Assembly: GCF_011386835.1 (NCBI RefSeq)
Contig: NC_088792.1
Coordinates: 136,896,001-136,960,000, forward strand
Origin: Chrysemys picta bellii
Taxonomy: Eukaryota
Direction: 5' to 3'
Length of the DNA: 64,000 nucleotides
Every line of letters starts with the position of its first letter. Positions within the stretch are counted from its first letter, which is position 1. Position numbers and translations under genes: made by a program. The notes beneath the pieces are model-generated. The model did not search any database. It was not told the origin of the DNA and saw nothing but the letters and a program-made list of their open reading frames with translations. This document shows positions 10,646-23,782 of the stretch, piece by piece.

Positions 10646-12947
10646 GTCTAGGCATCTTTGATTTTAAGATGCAGCCCATGTAACGGGGGAGAAGTGTAGA
10701 AAGGAAGGGTTTTAGAAATAACCAAACTCTTGTCTTAGTAGAAGAGAGATGAGGGTGGAAGATCATGACTAGATAAACCATAAAAATCATTGGCTTTCAC
10801 AGGAATTGTGACTGTGACAAACACATACACCCTGTAAAATTATTTAAGTAATGAGAACTCACTACACCACCTTATTGAACATTAAACGTATCAGAGGAGC
10901 AGTCTTTCTGTGCACATTAGTGTGTGGATTAGTTCATTTGCTATGGTGCACATTTTAATGACTGGTAGCTGAGTATTGGGATAGTTACTCGAGAACTGGA
11001 AAATAGTTACGCTTGTCTAGTGACTTGTGAAGTTAATTTGAAGTATCTTACAGCTAAGTATTTCATGTAGCTGGCTGAGTCAGTTGTTGGCAGTAAGGTG
11101 ACTATAATTTGATAAATTTTGCAATGACTAGCAACTTTAGTGGCATGTGCTTGTATTCGTACAATATATGCAAGGAATAATTACTTAAGTATCTGAAAAA
11201 GGAATAGGAAAACCATTTTAATTTAAGCATTATGAAGCTCTTGTGTGGAAGTGAGGTATTAACACAGAAGTCAAACATACCCTTCTCATGTTGAGGCAGT
11301 ACACTGACCTATATAATTGAGGCAAAGTAAAGTCACATGGAGAATTTGAAAAAGAGAATGGATTTGTATATAAAAAACAACAGGCTGGTAGGCGTCTCTG
11401 TATTTCCAAAGAAATGAATAATTTTGATAAGCGCAGCAGAAATTGGAAGAAGTCCAGGTGGTTTTCTGTGACCTCTTTGAAAGTGGTAAAGAATAGCGTT
11501 AAAACTGCTCATGTGTTTTTTTGTGTGTGTGGGATGAGTAGTATTAAACATTGCTAATGTATGGAAAGATGGGGCATGTTTATCTTTCCATAATGGGTGA
11601 AAATGGCTTTCCTGCTTTTTTCCTTCTTGAAACCCTTTCACATTGTTACTGCCAAGCATGAAGTAGAACTAAATGGAATGTTGGAACAGTATATATTCAT
11701 AAAAGGGTGAATTTCTTAGGGTCTAAGATATTGAACAAAACACACATGCCTTTTTGTTGCCCTTGGCCTATTTGGTGGTGATAGAACTCATGTAGATTAT
11801 TTACAAGGGCACTAAAGAGGGTGGTCCAAAGGACAAACAGCATAGCAACACATGATGTCTGAATGCAAAATGTGCTTCTGAAGGCCAAACAAATGGCTGT
11901 GGAAAGGATTCAGGATAAAATATAAGCTTCTTGATTTAAGGGCATGTAAATTCTGAAATTTGTGTCTTGGCTTTGAAATTTTGGGAAAGCTCACGACTTT
12001 AGGGTAATGTGTTTAAGTACGAGTAGTGATCTTTTCATTTCATTGGCTTGAGACTCTGAACTTAAATCTTGAAGGTGCATTTTGTCTGCTCTGTCAAATT
12101 ATTTTTTCTTTGGATCTGTCAATATGACTTTTTGGTGTGCGGTCAGCATTGCATGCTGGGAATGATGCAGGAGTAAGTTGTCCTGAGCAAATGGTGACTG
12201 CAGTAGAGCTACAGGAAGCCCTCTCCCTTCCCCCGACTAAATCCTCAGGTGGTAGCATGAACTGAAAATAGTTCTGTAGTGTTACTATACTACTTTTTAG
12301 TGGAAGTTTTCCAGATGGTGGGAAGGCAAAAGGGACAGCAGGAGTGGCAAGAACTAGGGAAGGAGAGCATCTGGGTGGTAGTAGTAGTAGTAAAAAAGTA
12401 TTTTTTAAGAGCAGAGTTGCCCCTCCACTTTAAAGGTCTCACCCTCTGCAATACAAACATATATAATTTTTTTTAGCACAGACTTGTCCTGAAAATTCTT
12501 AAGCTTTGTTTAAAAGAGCATAGGATCTTGGGTAGGCAAGTTTTTCTGAAGCTGAACCAGCAACATCTGTGCTAACTTATTGACATAACACATAATACAG
12601 ACAAAAAGCTTTTGGAAGGATTTAGCCATGGTGAACCCTCATTTTCAAGTATGAAGACACTCCAAACTTAAAATGGGGTTAATAAAAGTTTAGCTTCCTT
12701 GTGTATAATGGACATGGGATGAGATCCCCCACTCCCCTTGGACCATTAAAATCACAGGTATGAAGATTGCTTTAGTGAGTCCAGGGACCGTGAAATAGAA
12801 TATTGACAGTAGTGTAGAATGAAGTGTGTAGTCCACAGAAAAAAGCACTGTAGAGGCACCAGAACTGTGATTCTCTCTCTCTCTCTCTCACACCGACTTA
12901 TTGGTGTGCTTTCGTCCTGTATCTGAGTTCATCTGTATGACCTAGAA

Positions 12948-13128
12948 CAGTGGGTCTCAAACTTTTTTACTGGCGACCCCTTTCACACAGCAAGCCTTGG
13001 AGTGTGACCCCCCACCCCAATAAATTAAACATAATTTTTAATATATTTAACACCATTATAAATGCTGGAGGCAAGTGGAGTTTGGGGTGGAGGTTGACAG
13101 CTCCTGACCCCCAGTTTGAGAACCCCTG
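12948..13128. mobile_element. hAT (Buster/Charlie-type) MITE
   Basis: TIRs CAGTGGGTCTCAAACT / AGTTTGAGAACCCCTG; perfect 8-bp TSD ACCTAGAA (12940-12947, 13129-13136). Confidence 0.92.
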
Positions 13129-14533
13129 ACCTAGAAGCTAGTTTAGTGTTTCTGCTCACTTTGGTCATATGGTAATTGAGGCTTACAGTGGGGATAGGGA
13201 GCCAGTTACAGCAGTGGGCATTCTAGTCTGGGTTTTAACTTGTTTGTAAGTAGCCCCAAATTATAATAGTGCCATGGGAAGTAATAAGAGGAGAACTAAG
13301 ATGATGGATAAGTTTTGTATAGTTTACTAAGAAGCTTTCAGGTGGCAGTATTTGGTCACTGCTGACCAGAGCCAAAACATTAAATGCTCATCTAGACTCA
13401 GAATGAAGTGCAGTATTCCCATGAATATTTTTCTTCCTGCACCATTATTTTCTGCTAAGTTAGAGAATGGCTAGCTATAAATTATGCAGAAATAGCTTTT
13501 GAGAAGGTTCTGTCTGACCGCAAACCATAAGTAAATATATACCCCAATAATTTTTTTTTTTTTTTTTGGTAGTTTAAGTGTTTTGGAATCCCAGTTCCGT
13601 GACTTGTACTGGTAATTACTATCCTATTATAAAGTTGCTTCTGTTCTTATTTTAAACTTGCGTGTTGCTGCGTCATTTGCTCTCTGTTTTGGTATTCGGT
13701 TCAACCTCGGAACAGGTTGTTTGATAAAACATTTATCACTTGATAGCCACAAATGCAGTATTTTAAGATATAAACCTATCCCTGAACTGTTTGCAGTCCA
13801 GAAGCTGCATAGTAGTGCCAGTGTGTGAGAATCCAAGTGAAATGAGCTAGTGATGAAGGAGAAGTTAGCTTCTCACAGCTTGCACTTGAACATAAGTTAT
13901 GAACATGGCTGAGAGAACACTGCTGAAAACCATTCATATTTTTACTCTGATTTACTCTAGGAAATATCTGGGTATAACTAGATAAGAATGGAAACAAAAT
14001 AAAAGGAATAAGAATATAATGTCAGAGGCAGTACTGGCTGCTTCGAGAACACAACTGTAGTCTTGTCTAGACTAGTAGATGAAGCGCTTGCTGACAGCTG
14101 TTGCCAAGAACAGGTACCCTTGTGTATTGAAAATGGTTTAGTGTCAATGGGACAACACCAGATTTCAAATACATTCTGTGCAATAGCCCTGAAAGGATTT
14201 TGTCCTGTCTCAAGTAGTTCAACTGCTAGCGTAAATACCAGAGCCAGGGGACCCACGGCTGACAACTGTCAGCCACCGGCCAGTTTTCCACAACAGTGTG
14301 GTTTTATGAGAGCAGGCTTCTTAGCACACTCTACATTACGTAAAATTGAGTAGTCTAAGACCCTCTTGCTAAATTTGCTGGTTGGAAAAGCAGAAAAACG
14401 TGGTGCATAAACAGTAAGGTTTGAGTTATAGAACCAGACTTCTAATTGCACTCCTTCACATCATGTGATTATCTGTGCTCCTTTCCAAGTATCAATGGTT
14501 TGTAATATCTGATATAACATAATTCCCTTATAT

Positions 14534-14901
14534 AGACAGTTCTCAGACTGTGGGTTGGGATCCCAAAGTGGGTCACAACATCCTTTGAATGGGGTCGCCA
14601 GGGCTGGCTTAGTCTTGCTGGGGCCCGGGGCTGAAGCCTGAGCCCCTACGCCCAGGGCCAAAGCCTGAGGGCTTCAGCCCTGGGTGGCGGGGCTCAGGTT
14701 GCAGGCCCCCAGCTTGGGGTGAAACTCTTGAGCTTCAGCTTTGGCCCCCTTTCCTGGAGCGGTGGGGCTCAGGCTTTGGCCCCTCCACCTGGGGCAGTGG
14801 GGCTCAGGCAAGTTCAGGCTTCGGTCCCCCTTCTGGGGGCCGTGAAGTAATTTTTTTTTTGTCAGAAGGGGTCGCGGTGCAATGAAGTTTGAGAACCCCT
14901 G
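14534..14901. mobile_element. hAT (Buster/Charlie-type) MITE
   Basis: Right TIR AAGTTTGAGAACCCCTG, degenerate left TIR, TSD CCTTATAT/CCTTATGT (7/8). Confidence 0.82.
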
Positions 14902-15303
14902 CCTTATGTTGATATTAAGCTTTTCTTTTGTTTGGGTTCAGTGAGGACAGTATGTTTTAATGGATAAAGTATTTGTGTTCACTTGGTTTGCATGTGCCAT
15001 GACAGCAAGTTTCATACATGCTGGGTCTCACTTTTTGTGCAGGGAGTAAACATTTGGTGGCATAGTTCATTCACATAGTGGAATAATAAAGGCATATGTG
15101 TAAACACAAGACCAAACATTACTGGACATAAGGCTGTTTTTCTTCTTTGCTGCCCTACACAAGGTCAAATAATTTATGCTAGGAGAAGGGAACTATAGAT
15201 ACCAAATTATTTGACTTCTTAGTTGACTGGAATTTAGGGCTGTCAAATCTTAAAAGACAACAAGGAGTCTGGTGGCACCTTAAAGACTAACAGATTTATT
15301 TGG

Positions 15304-15344
15304 GCATAAGCTTTCGTGGGTAAAAACCTCACTTCTTCAGATGC
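15304..15344 (-). ncRNA. minimal type I hammerhead ribozyme motif
   Basis: Minus strand reads GCAT-CTGAAGA-A-GTGAGGT-TTTT-ACCCAC-GAAA-GCT-T-ATGC; stem II pairs with one bulged A. Confidence 0.8.
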
Positions 15345-15443
15345 ATAGAGTGAAAGTTACAGATGCAGGCATTATATACTGACACATGGAGAGCAGGGAG
15401 TTACTTCACAAGTGGAGAACCAGTGTTGACAGGGCCAATTCAA

Positions 15444-15803
15444 TCAGGGTGGATGTAGTCCACTCCCAATAATAGATGAGGAGGTGTCAATTCCAGGAGA
15501 GGAAAAGTTGCTTCTGTAATGAGCCAGCCACTCCCAGGCCCTGTTCAAGCCCAGATTAATGGTGTTAAATTTGCAAATGAATTTTAGTTCTGCTGTTTCT
15601 CTTTGAAGTCTGTTTCTGAAGTTTTTTTGTTCAATGATAGTGACTTTTAAATCTGTAATAGAATGACCAGGGAGATTGAAGTGTTCACTTACTGGCTTTT
15701 GTATGTTACCATTCCTGATGTCCGATTTGTGTCCATTTATTCTTTTGCGGAGGGACTGTCCAGTTTGGCCAATGTACATGGCAGAGGGGCATTGCTGGCA
15801 CAT
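15444..15803 (-). pseudogene. PLE GIY-YIG endonuclease C-terminal remnant (open frame, no RT domain)
   Basis: Residues 17-135 of ORF 15444-15851; the first 16 residues are unrelated flank. Confidence 0.88.
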
Positions 15804-16472
15804 TTTTTCACATCCTTGTCCCAGACACAAGCAATTCAAATGAAAGCCCATGACAAATTAGCCCCAGGACTACTTTCTTTGCTATTGGAGGGTAATTACA
15901 CATTTTGTATGGAGGATGTCTGACTTCAGTGTTCTTGGAGGTTATATTTGAAGTCTCATTGACGTTGCCAAAGTGACAGATTATCCATACAAAGATTTCT
16001 ATTTAAACAAACAAACCCCTTCTCCCCCCCCCCCCCGCCAAACATTGGGTCTTATCACTTGAAGCATCAGGTTTCCTCAAATCCACAAATATCTGACTTG
16101 GCACTGTGTCCTGTGGTACAACTCTCATGTCTCGCTTTTGGTGTTAGGGGAAACGAACTCTAGAAGGACATTCAGCACGTGACATGGGGGTTTTAGGTCT
16201 GATCTAACTCATGAATGTTCTAAATGTGAGGATTTTAGGCACAGTTTGAATACAACAAAGTATTAAAAACCACGTTAGCTTACAAGATGACTTCATAACT
16301 AAAGAGGTGTGGGTGTGGGGGAAGGAAAGGAGTGATAAAATCTTAAACATTGAAATACATCAGTTTGAAAGTAAACATGTTTCTAAGTATGTAAATGTTC
16401 CTTCTCTTCCTGGGGAAGGTAGGGAGTTACACAGAAGTTAGTTATAAAACAAAATATCTCAAGTGCTGCATT

Positions 16473-16596
16473 TAGGGTGACCAGATGTCCTCATTTTATA
16501 GGGACAGTCCCGGTTTTTGGGTCTTTTTCTTATATAGACTCCTATTAGCCCCCCATTCCTGTCCCGATTTTTCACACTTGCTGTCTGGTCACCCTA
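16473..16596. mobile_element. hAT-Blackjack-like MITE
   Basis: Perfect 13-bp TIRs TAGGGTGACCAGA / TCTGGTCACCCTA; perfect 8-bp TSD GCTGCATT. Confidence 0.92.
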
Positions 16597-16641
16597 GCTG
16601 CATTTTGGTTTGTTTCAGTGCCCTTTCCACTGCATCTAGAG

Positions 16642-17566
16642 GCATGGTCTCCAAACTTTTTACCCACAAGATCACTTTTTGAATTTAAGATCAACCCAGG
16701 ATCTACCCCACCCCTCCCCCAATGCCCCCTCCCTCCCCAGAGGCCCCACTCCATTCCTCCCTCCCTCCCTCCCTCCCTCCCCTCCATCACTTGCTGTCCC
16801 CCACCCTCACTCACTGGGCTGGGGCAGGAGATTAGAGTGTGGGAGGGGGTGCAGGCGCTGAGCTGGGGCTGAGGAGTACGGAATGTGGGAGAGGGCTCTG
16901 GGCTGAGCTTGGGGCAGGGGGTTAGGATGCAGGAGTGAGGGGTGCAAGCTCTGGGGGGGAATTTGGGTGCAGAGGTCATATTGTCACACTGCATCTAATC
17001 TCCTAGAATCCACTGGGCATTTCATGAGTTTTACTTTTTATTAGTGTCATTTTTGGTTTATATATCCAAAATCCTTCAGGGATTGTCACAAATCAGTGTA
17101 ACATTCTCAATTGGGGTGTGCATTGGCTGAGCCTGGGGCAGGGGGTTGGAGTGCAGGAGCGGGTGAGGGGTGCAGGCTGTGGGAGGGAGTTTGGTGCCGG
17201 AGGGAGCTCTGGGGTAGGGGGTTGGGGTGCAGGAGGGGGTGCAAGGTGCATCCTCTGGCCGGGAGGCACTTACCACAGGTGGCTCCTGGTTGGTGGTGCA
17301 GCGGGGTGCAGACAGGCTGCCTGCTTGCCCTGGCCACATGCAGCTCTTGGAAGCGACTGGCTGCTGGCACGTCTCTGCGCGCCCATTGGGGGTGGGGGTG
17401 GAGGCAGCGTGCGGACCGTGGAGCCACCCCCTCACCCCTCCCATGGTCACGCAGAGACGTGCCAGCAGCCAGTCGCTTCCAGGACTGGTGTGTGGCCAAG
17501 GCAGGCAGCCTGAGCCCCACTGCGTCGCCGGCCACAGAGATCATGATGAACTGGTGAAGACTCCAG
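16642..17566. mobile_element. degenerate GC-rich hAT non-autonomous element, in two pieces around an AT-rich spacer at about 16976-17105
   Basis: Left TIR-like ..TGGTCTCCAAACTTTT after an ATCTAGAG target; G-rich ggggtgcagg interior like other MITEs here; degenerate right end. Confidence 0.6.
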
Positions 17567-20500
17567 TATGAAGAGCACTCCAATTAAATTTTTTTAGTTT
17601 CTTGTAGAATGTTGAAGACGGGCAGGATTTACCTGTCAGAAGTAAATAGTGTCCTGTTAATTCAATATGGTGAAAGCTGAATTGTCTTAGTCAGATGTGT
17701 GGCTAATTTTCAGTAGGCTTAATCCATTTGTCTTGAAATGCTAAATGCTTGGCGTGCTAATGGCAAGTAGGATGCATCTGTGGGCTGGTGACCTCTGTGG
17801 TCATCAGTTCGATACAAATGTGACTGCTACGATGTGCAGATAAACGTGATCTGGAGGCGTAACATAGGTGTCCCTGAAAACCTGATGCTGCCCCTAATTA
17901 TCCAACAAATTTTGAATTTGGGTCAGGCTGCATCAGAGATGTTGTATTGCCATAGTCACCAGATGTTTCAAAACTTTAGGCTTCAGTGTTAATGACCAAA
18001 TGGGATTAAGATGTGGGTGTCACTCTTGGCTTTGCACAGCATGATATTTAGGCCATACAGCCAGCACTGTTCCATCATTCTTAATTCATGTGTTAGTAAC
18101 CGTTGCTGCTTTTAACTAATTCAGACTGTGTGTCTGTCCCAACGCTACTACCAGCTAAGTACCAAACAGTAAATCTGACTCTTAATGTAGCCTAGTCAGG
18201 GCCTTGTCACTCTTGGGTGCTAGAGAATTCAACTGTGTTCTGGTGATGAATAGTCTGGCTAGGAAAGAATTGGATCAGTTCCCTACCGTATGTTGTTGGG
18301 GAGAACATCAACTGGAGAACTGCCTACCAAAACAAACCACTTTGTCATTTAAGTAGAATGAATGGCCTGGAGAAAGTGGCACAAGAGGGAACCATTACTT
18401 ACATGGAGAGCAGCAGTAGTCTGAACTTGCCTGCTGCAGGAGCTCCCAGGACAAAAGCAGTAAGCATGGGTGAGAATCCAAGATGCTGGCAGAACACTGA
18501 AGAAAGTGGTAGCAGTCACGCTGTTCTATTTGCTATAATCATACACGCAAATGAATCCTTTCAAGCAGTTGGCAGCCAGGCTCATAAAATCGTGAGTGGG
18601 TGAGATTAAAGTAATGCACACACCACTACATTATAGTGAATCAAAACTAACTTTAGCAGGATTTGTACCTGAATATGGGGAAGCAAACCTGAAGTGAGTA
18701 GCTAGCTTGTGTGCACTTCTGGACTGCAGAGCAAGATTGCCTCTGTAAATATACTGTTAGTTTGTTCTTTGCTTTCATGTGGTGGGGAGAAAACAGTTTT
18801 GAGACTAAATATTGCCTTCCTGGTCACAATATCCTAAACTGAGCCACAAGTGATACCTGTTGTATAACTGGATAGTACTCAACCCCTCTGTATTTCTGTT
18901 TCTGGTCTAGATGCTATGAACAGCCAAAAAAGTTAGTTTGATAATATGACCTATGGTTTCAGGAAACTGGAACTAAAACAAATATGCCTACACTGCTTAG
19001 ATTGTCACTGACAAACTGAAAAGGTGTGAAACTGAAGGTTTTATTTAACTGGAATGCCATTAATCGTTAAATATAATACAGATATTGTTTCTTACTGGGA
19101 TAGCTCACATATACTGTGTTGAGAGCTATGGATAATGCCACACAAACTTGGTGAACTCAGATATTTATAAAGGTGATTATTCACAGGCTTTATTTAATTG
19201 AGGAGGAACACCAAACTTAGAATGACCGGTTCATCTGACGTAAATTGCTAGTTTGAGGGAAAGAGAATGCTATCTTTGTCCTTTAATTGTGTGAAAAGAA
19301 ATATGTGACTTAATAGCATTAAAGTTTTTTGGCTATAGGAAACAAATTACTTTGCAGGAACATGGTGGCCCAGACTTCACAATAAGGAAATGTCTGGTTT
19401 CTTGAGTAAAATTGGTGCTACAAGAAGCTTCTTGTGAGCCTTAAAATGAAAATTAAGCCTGTTTCTTCCAGAATTGTTTCAATACATCAGCTGATGCTTG
19501 GAGACTTTGCAAGAGTCAGCCTGAAAACTTACCTTGCTTTGGTCTGAAAGCTCCATAATGTTAAGTATCTGAGGAAATTGTTTGATGTTTATCTTCTGAT
19601 AAACTATTAACTCTACCCCTTGAATAACGCAAAATGTTTTTTGTGTAACTGACTCAGTCTGAAATGCCTCAAAATACTTTTGCAAAATGGAAAAACTAGA
19701 CTAACTTACTGATATTCCCAATTAATTTATTGTGCCTCTAAATACATTCTAATGTGTACAGCTTTTCAAACAGGATGCTTCTACAATGAGTAAGCTATGC
19801 AATATGTCAGGATGTGTAATCCCAAGATAATTGACTATTGTCTCAAGAGGCAAACAGTCTGCATCCCTTCTTGGGGTTCTCAAGAAGTAAACACAGATAA
19901 GAGCTTCCTTGAAGCCATAAAGAAAACACATGCTGAGATGATTACTGGTGTAATGGTAAAACTCATACCTATGGAGTGACAATTCCAAGAACTTGGACCA
20001 GCACTTGATATTACTCCAGTAGCATGAAGAGGTTGATCGAAAAGAGCATTGAATATTATTACTACTCTGCTTGCTTTCCTGGAGGAAAGGAAAGGAGAGT
20101 TTGTTGTTTAAAGCAGCTCTGGTAACACACATCACATCACTTCTCCACCAAACCCATCAAAAAACCTGGATATTTGGCGCACATGACTTACCCTGGACTC
20201 CTTGTGAGTACCCTCCTCCTGCAGTGCAAGATTGAAGAACCTGAAATGTTACTAAGTCCCTGCTTCTTGTGGACATAACAGACTCTAGAAGGTATGCAGA
20301 TTTTTCTAAACAGAACATAAGGTATTTAATTTTTCTGACCCACAGACCATTCCTAGTAACATTCAGCTCAAACTCCCTTTATAGTTCCATTGGGAAAGAT
20401 GAAACCCAGCAAAGTCCGAAGACATAAATGCCTGAGGCAGGAATTGGTCCTGGAAGTCTTCACATGGTGCCCTTTCCCTTTCATTTCCTTAACAGTAAGG

Positions 20501-21609
20501 ACAAAGATGCCATTTGTCTGCTTCTCCAAGTGTTTTCACTCTCTCCCATGCCGTCACTTATGTATAGGGAAGAATTTCCCAATTAACTTAAGTAAAGCCA
20601 CAGTCTCATGTGAGTTACCTGCATACGTGTTACAGCCATCAAATAATGTCTTGCCAGATAGAGATGATTGCTTGTGATGGGCTATGTACTTGCACACATC
20701 TAATTTAGATGGCAAAAGCATCATGTTTAGCGCATTGTCTTTATTTTATTCTTGCTTGTTTGTCATCCACCCTGCAAGTCTTATATAACATTTTATCATC
20801 TCTCTGGAGTAGCTACTGTCTCTTAATAGATTTATACAGTGCTCAGCTCAGCTGGATCTTGAGCATGACCTCTAGATGCTACTTGAATTTAAAGTTTCAG
20901 AACCAAGAGACAACACTCATAAATATTTTGGTAAGTAACAAAACTGCTAAGTAGTATACATAGCTGTACAGCCCCCAGCAAGGTGTGCTGCGGAATTAGG
21001 TCAAAACAAGGATTGCAGAACTCCCAGCCTAAAGTGAGATCTAGAACTAGATGATTTCACACTACTTCCTTTCCTTTGCTTGGACAATTCAACATATTGG
21101 GCTACCAGACATCCGTATCCAGGAATGTTGTCATTAATGGAAGCTCACATTAATACAAACACAATTCAGTGCTCAGTGGTCAAGCAGCTCCAATTTTACT
21201 AGTCGAATGAACGAACCTTAATTGATAATACCATTGAAATCATGTGATACCTTCATAAAAGTCATAGGTCAATGTACAAAACACTCTCCAGATTCCTCTT
21301 ACTAGACTAAGGGTCCCTTGGCAACACTTCTTAAACTTTTTCAAATAGTTCTGAAATCTGAGTTTCCATATAAAAGTGCCTTTTTCTTCTTGTTTGTGAT
21401 GTAGATTTAAAAAGCAAGGAAAACATTTTTGTTGTCGTCTTTTTCTCACTACCCCTGTCAACCCTAAAAGGAAACTCACATGGCTATAGCTTAGTGCTCA
21501 AGTGACTTACGTACAGAAACTCACAATTGGAGTCCATGTCATTCTGTCTTTGTATACTGGATGATGACCTGTATTTCCCTTCATTTAAAATATATTTGTA
21601 TGTGTACAT

Positions 21610-21940
21610 CAGGGATCAGCAACCTTTGGCATTCGGCTCACCAGGGTACCCTGGCAGGCCGGGCTGGTTTGTTTACCTGCCACGTCCGCAGGTTTGGCTG
21701 ATTGTGGCTCCCACTGGCTGCGGTTCGCCGCTCCCAGCCAATGGGGGCTGCAGGAAGTGGCGCGGGCCAAGGGATGTGCTGGCTGCTGCTTCCCGCCGCC
21801 CCCATTGGCCTGGAGTGGCAAACCGCGGCCAGTGGGCGCCGCGATTGGCCAAACCTGCAGACGCGGCAGGTAAACAAACTGGCCTGGCCCGCCAGGGTGC
21901 TTACCCTGGCAGGGCAAGTGCCAAAGGTTGCCGATCCCTG
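21610..21940. mobile_element. palindromic hAT MITE
   Basis: TIRs CAGGGATCAGCAACCTTTGGCA / TGCCAAAGGTTGCCGATCCCTG; perfect TSD GTGTACAT; the two halves are reverse complements over most of the length. Confidence 0.95.
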
Positions 21941-21981
21941 GTGTACATAGTTAAGTGAGGATACATTTCAACCTTCTAGAG

Positions 21982-23052
21982 CAGGGGTAGGCAACCTTTC
22001 AGAAGTGATGTGCTGAGTCTTCATTTATCCACTTTAATTTAAGATTTCGCATGCCGGTAATACATTTTTAATGTTTTTTAGAAGGTCTCTCTCTATAAGT
22101 CTATAATATATAACTAAACTATTGTTGTATGTAAAGTAAACAAGGTTTTCAAAATGTTTAAGAAGCTTCATTTAAAATTAAATTAAAATGCTGATCTTAC
22201 GCCACCAGCCTGCTCAGCCCGCTGCCAGCCTGGGGTTCTGTTCACCTAGGCCGGCAGAGGGCTGAGCGGGGCCTGCGGCCGGGACACTGGCTGGCAAGGG
22301 GCTGGCAGCCAGGACCCCAGACCTGGGGGAGGGGGGGGGTTCAGGGGTCAAGGCAGAGGGCTGGAGGTGTGTGTGGGGGTGCAGGGCAGAAGGCTGGGAG
22401 TGTGGGGAGGTTCAGGGGTGTGGGGGTGCAGGGCAGAGAGCTGGGTGTAGGGGGTTCTGAAGTCAGAGCAGAGGGGTAGGGGTGCAGGGCAGAAGGCTGT
22501 GTGTGTGGGGGCGGGGTTCAGGGGTCAGGACAGAGGGCTGTGTGGGGGGAGTTCAGGGGTCAGGGCAGAAGGCTGGGTGTGTGTGTGGAGGTGCAGGGCA
22601 GAAGGCTGGGTGTGTGTGGGGGGGTTCAGGGCAGAGGGTTGGGGTGCTCGGCTCGTGGGGGTGCTCTGAGCCCCCTGCCCTGAGCGGCTCAGTGCAGGGG
22701 GCTGGAAGGGATATGCCCTGTTCCACCCCCTTCCCCAAGGTCCTGTCCCTACCTCTTTTCTGCCTTCTCTACGGAGCAGCGAGCACGCCGTCACTCGTCC
22801 CCCTCCCCCTCTCAAGGGCCATCAGCTGATCAGTGCAGGGAAGGAGAGGAAGAGGGGCAGGAAAGCACCACGCTGGGGGAAGAAGCGGGGGTGGGGGGAA
22901 GCTTGGCTGCCGCAGGACCAAGCTTCTGCCTCCTGCCCCTGCAGGGGAGAGCGGTGGGCGGGGGGGACTGAGTGGGGTTGGGGACCGGGACCGCGGCAGG
23001 CAGCAGCGTGCCACTCAAAATCGGTTTGCGTGCCGTAGGTTGCTGACCCCTG
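21982..23052. mobile_element. hAT (Buster/Charlie-type) non-autonomous element, long form
   Basis: TIRs CAGGGGTAGGCAACCT / AGGTTGCTGACCCCTG; perfect TSD TTCTAGAG; first ~215 bp match the 53586-53897 element. Confidence 0.95.
22320..22650. repeat. degenerate G-rich minisatellite (~30-bp unit) inside the hAT element
   Basis: Recurrent ggggtgcagggcagagggctg(ggtgtgt) units. Confidence 0.8.
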
Positions 23053-23401
23053 TTCTAGAGTAGTCCTCAGAACATCTTGGGCATATAAAGTTGAGAGAGG
23101 GGTAAGAATGTCGATGCCTGTAGTGTTGTCAAGGTGGAAGTAATTTAAATATTTTCAGAGATTTTTAATCAGAAGACATTTTTCCACAGTGTACTTAGTA
23201 ATCTTAAAGTCTGTTAGTCCAAGACGAAGTACCAAATCTGTTACAGGAGGTGTGCTTGCATGTGGGATTTTTTTTTATAAATCTCTGTCCCATTACTAAG
23301 AGTTTAGTATTAGTGCCACCTCAATTTGATCTTCTACTGAAAAACAGTTGCCTAAAACACTGCCAGCTTCTTTCCTTAGACTGGATTGGTGTACTTATAA
23401 G

Positions 23402-23782
23402 TAGGCTTGGAATGATTAGATTTTACTGTAAAATACTTCACTGTATGCATACAAGCCAGAAAATAAAAATGGATGGGTAGTATTTTAGATATGGTAAGGA
23501 AAATTTTAGATAGAGTAAGAAAAATGCTGCTTGAGAACTTACTACAGTTTTTGATTTTAAAGTACTGGTGTCATATACTTTGATATGGCATTGACAATTT
23601 GTGTTAGCAGTTAAAAGCTTTAACTTTCTGAATTTCGACCTCTGTCATTATGTAATTGTCTGACTCCCCCCACTCCCCCATGATTTCCCACAACTGTAAA
23701 AATTTAAATTAGGAAAAATAAAAAGCTTAAACATCCACATGTATCAAAATTATTTAAAAAAGATCACAGTGTGCCAAGCCTA
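23402..23782. mobile_element. AT-rich hAT non-autonomous element
   Basis: TIRs TAGGCTTGG / CCAAGCCTA; 8-bp TSD CTTATAAG/CTTTTAAG (7/8). Confidence 0.8.

Larger units (their letters stand above)
15252..15803 (-). mobile_element. Penelope-like retroelement, 5'-truncated
   Basis: Encodes MCQQCPSAMYIGQTGQSLRKRINGHKSDIRNGNIQKPVSEHFNLPGHS. The proximal 3' UTR differs from the 4.9 kb copy but converges on the same hammerhead and the ttagtctttaaggtgccac tail. Confidence 0.93.

Noticed and set aside
13850-13927. GTGATGA ... CTGA, C/D-like spacing
   Set aside because: No terminal stem and no guide sequence.
14012-14353. Open frame of about 113 codons
   Set aside because: No ATG at the start, no good acceptor and no recognisable motif.
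19797-20130. Protein-like translation with interspersed stops; possible ancient TE or viral relic
   Set aside because: No motif I can assign; needs a translated HMM search.
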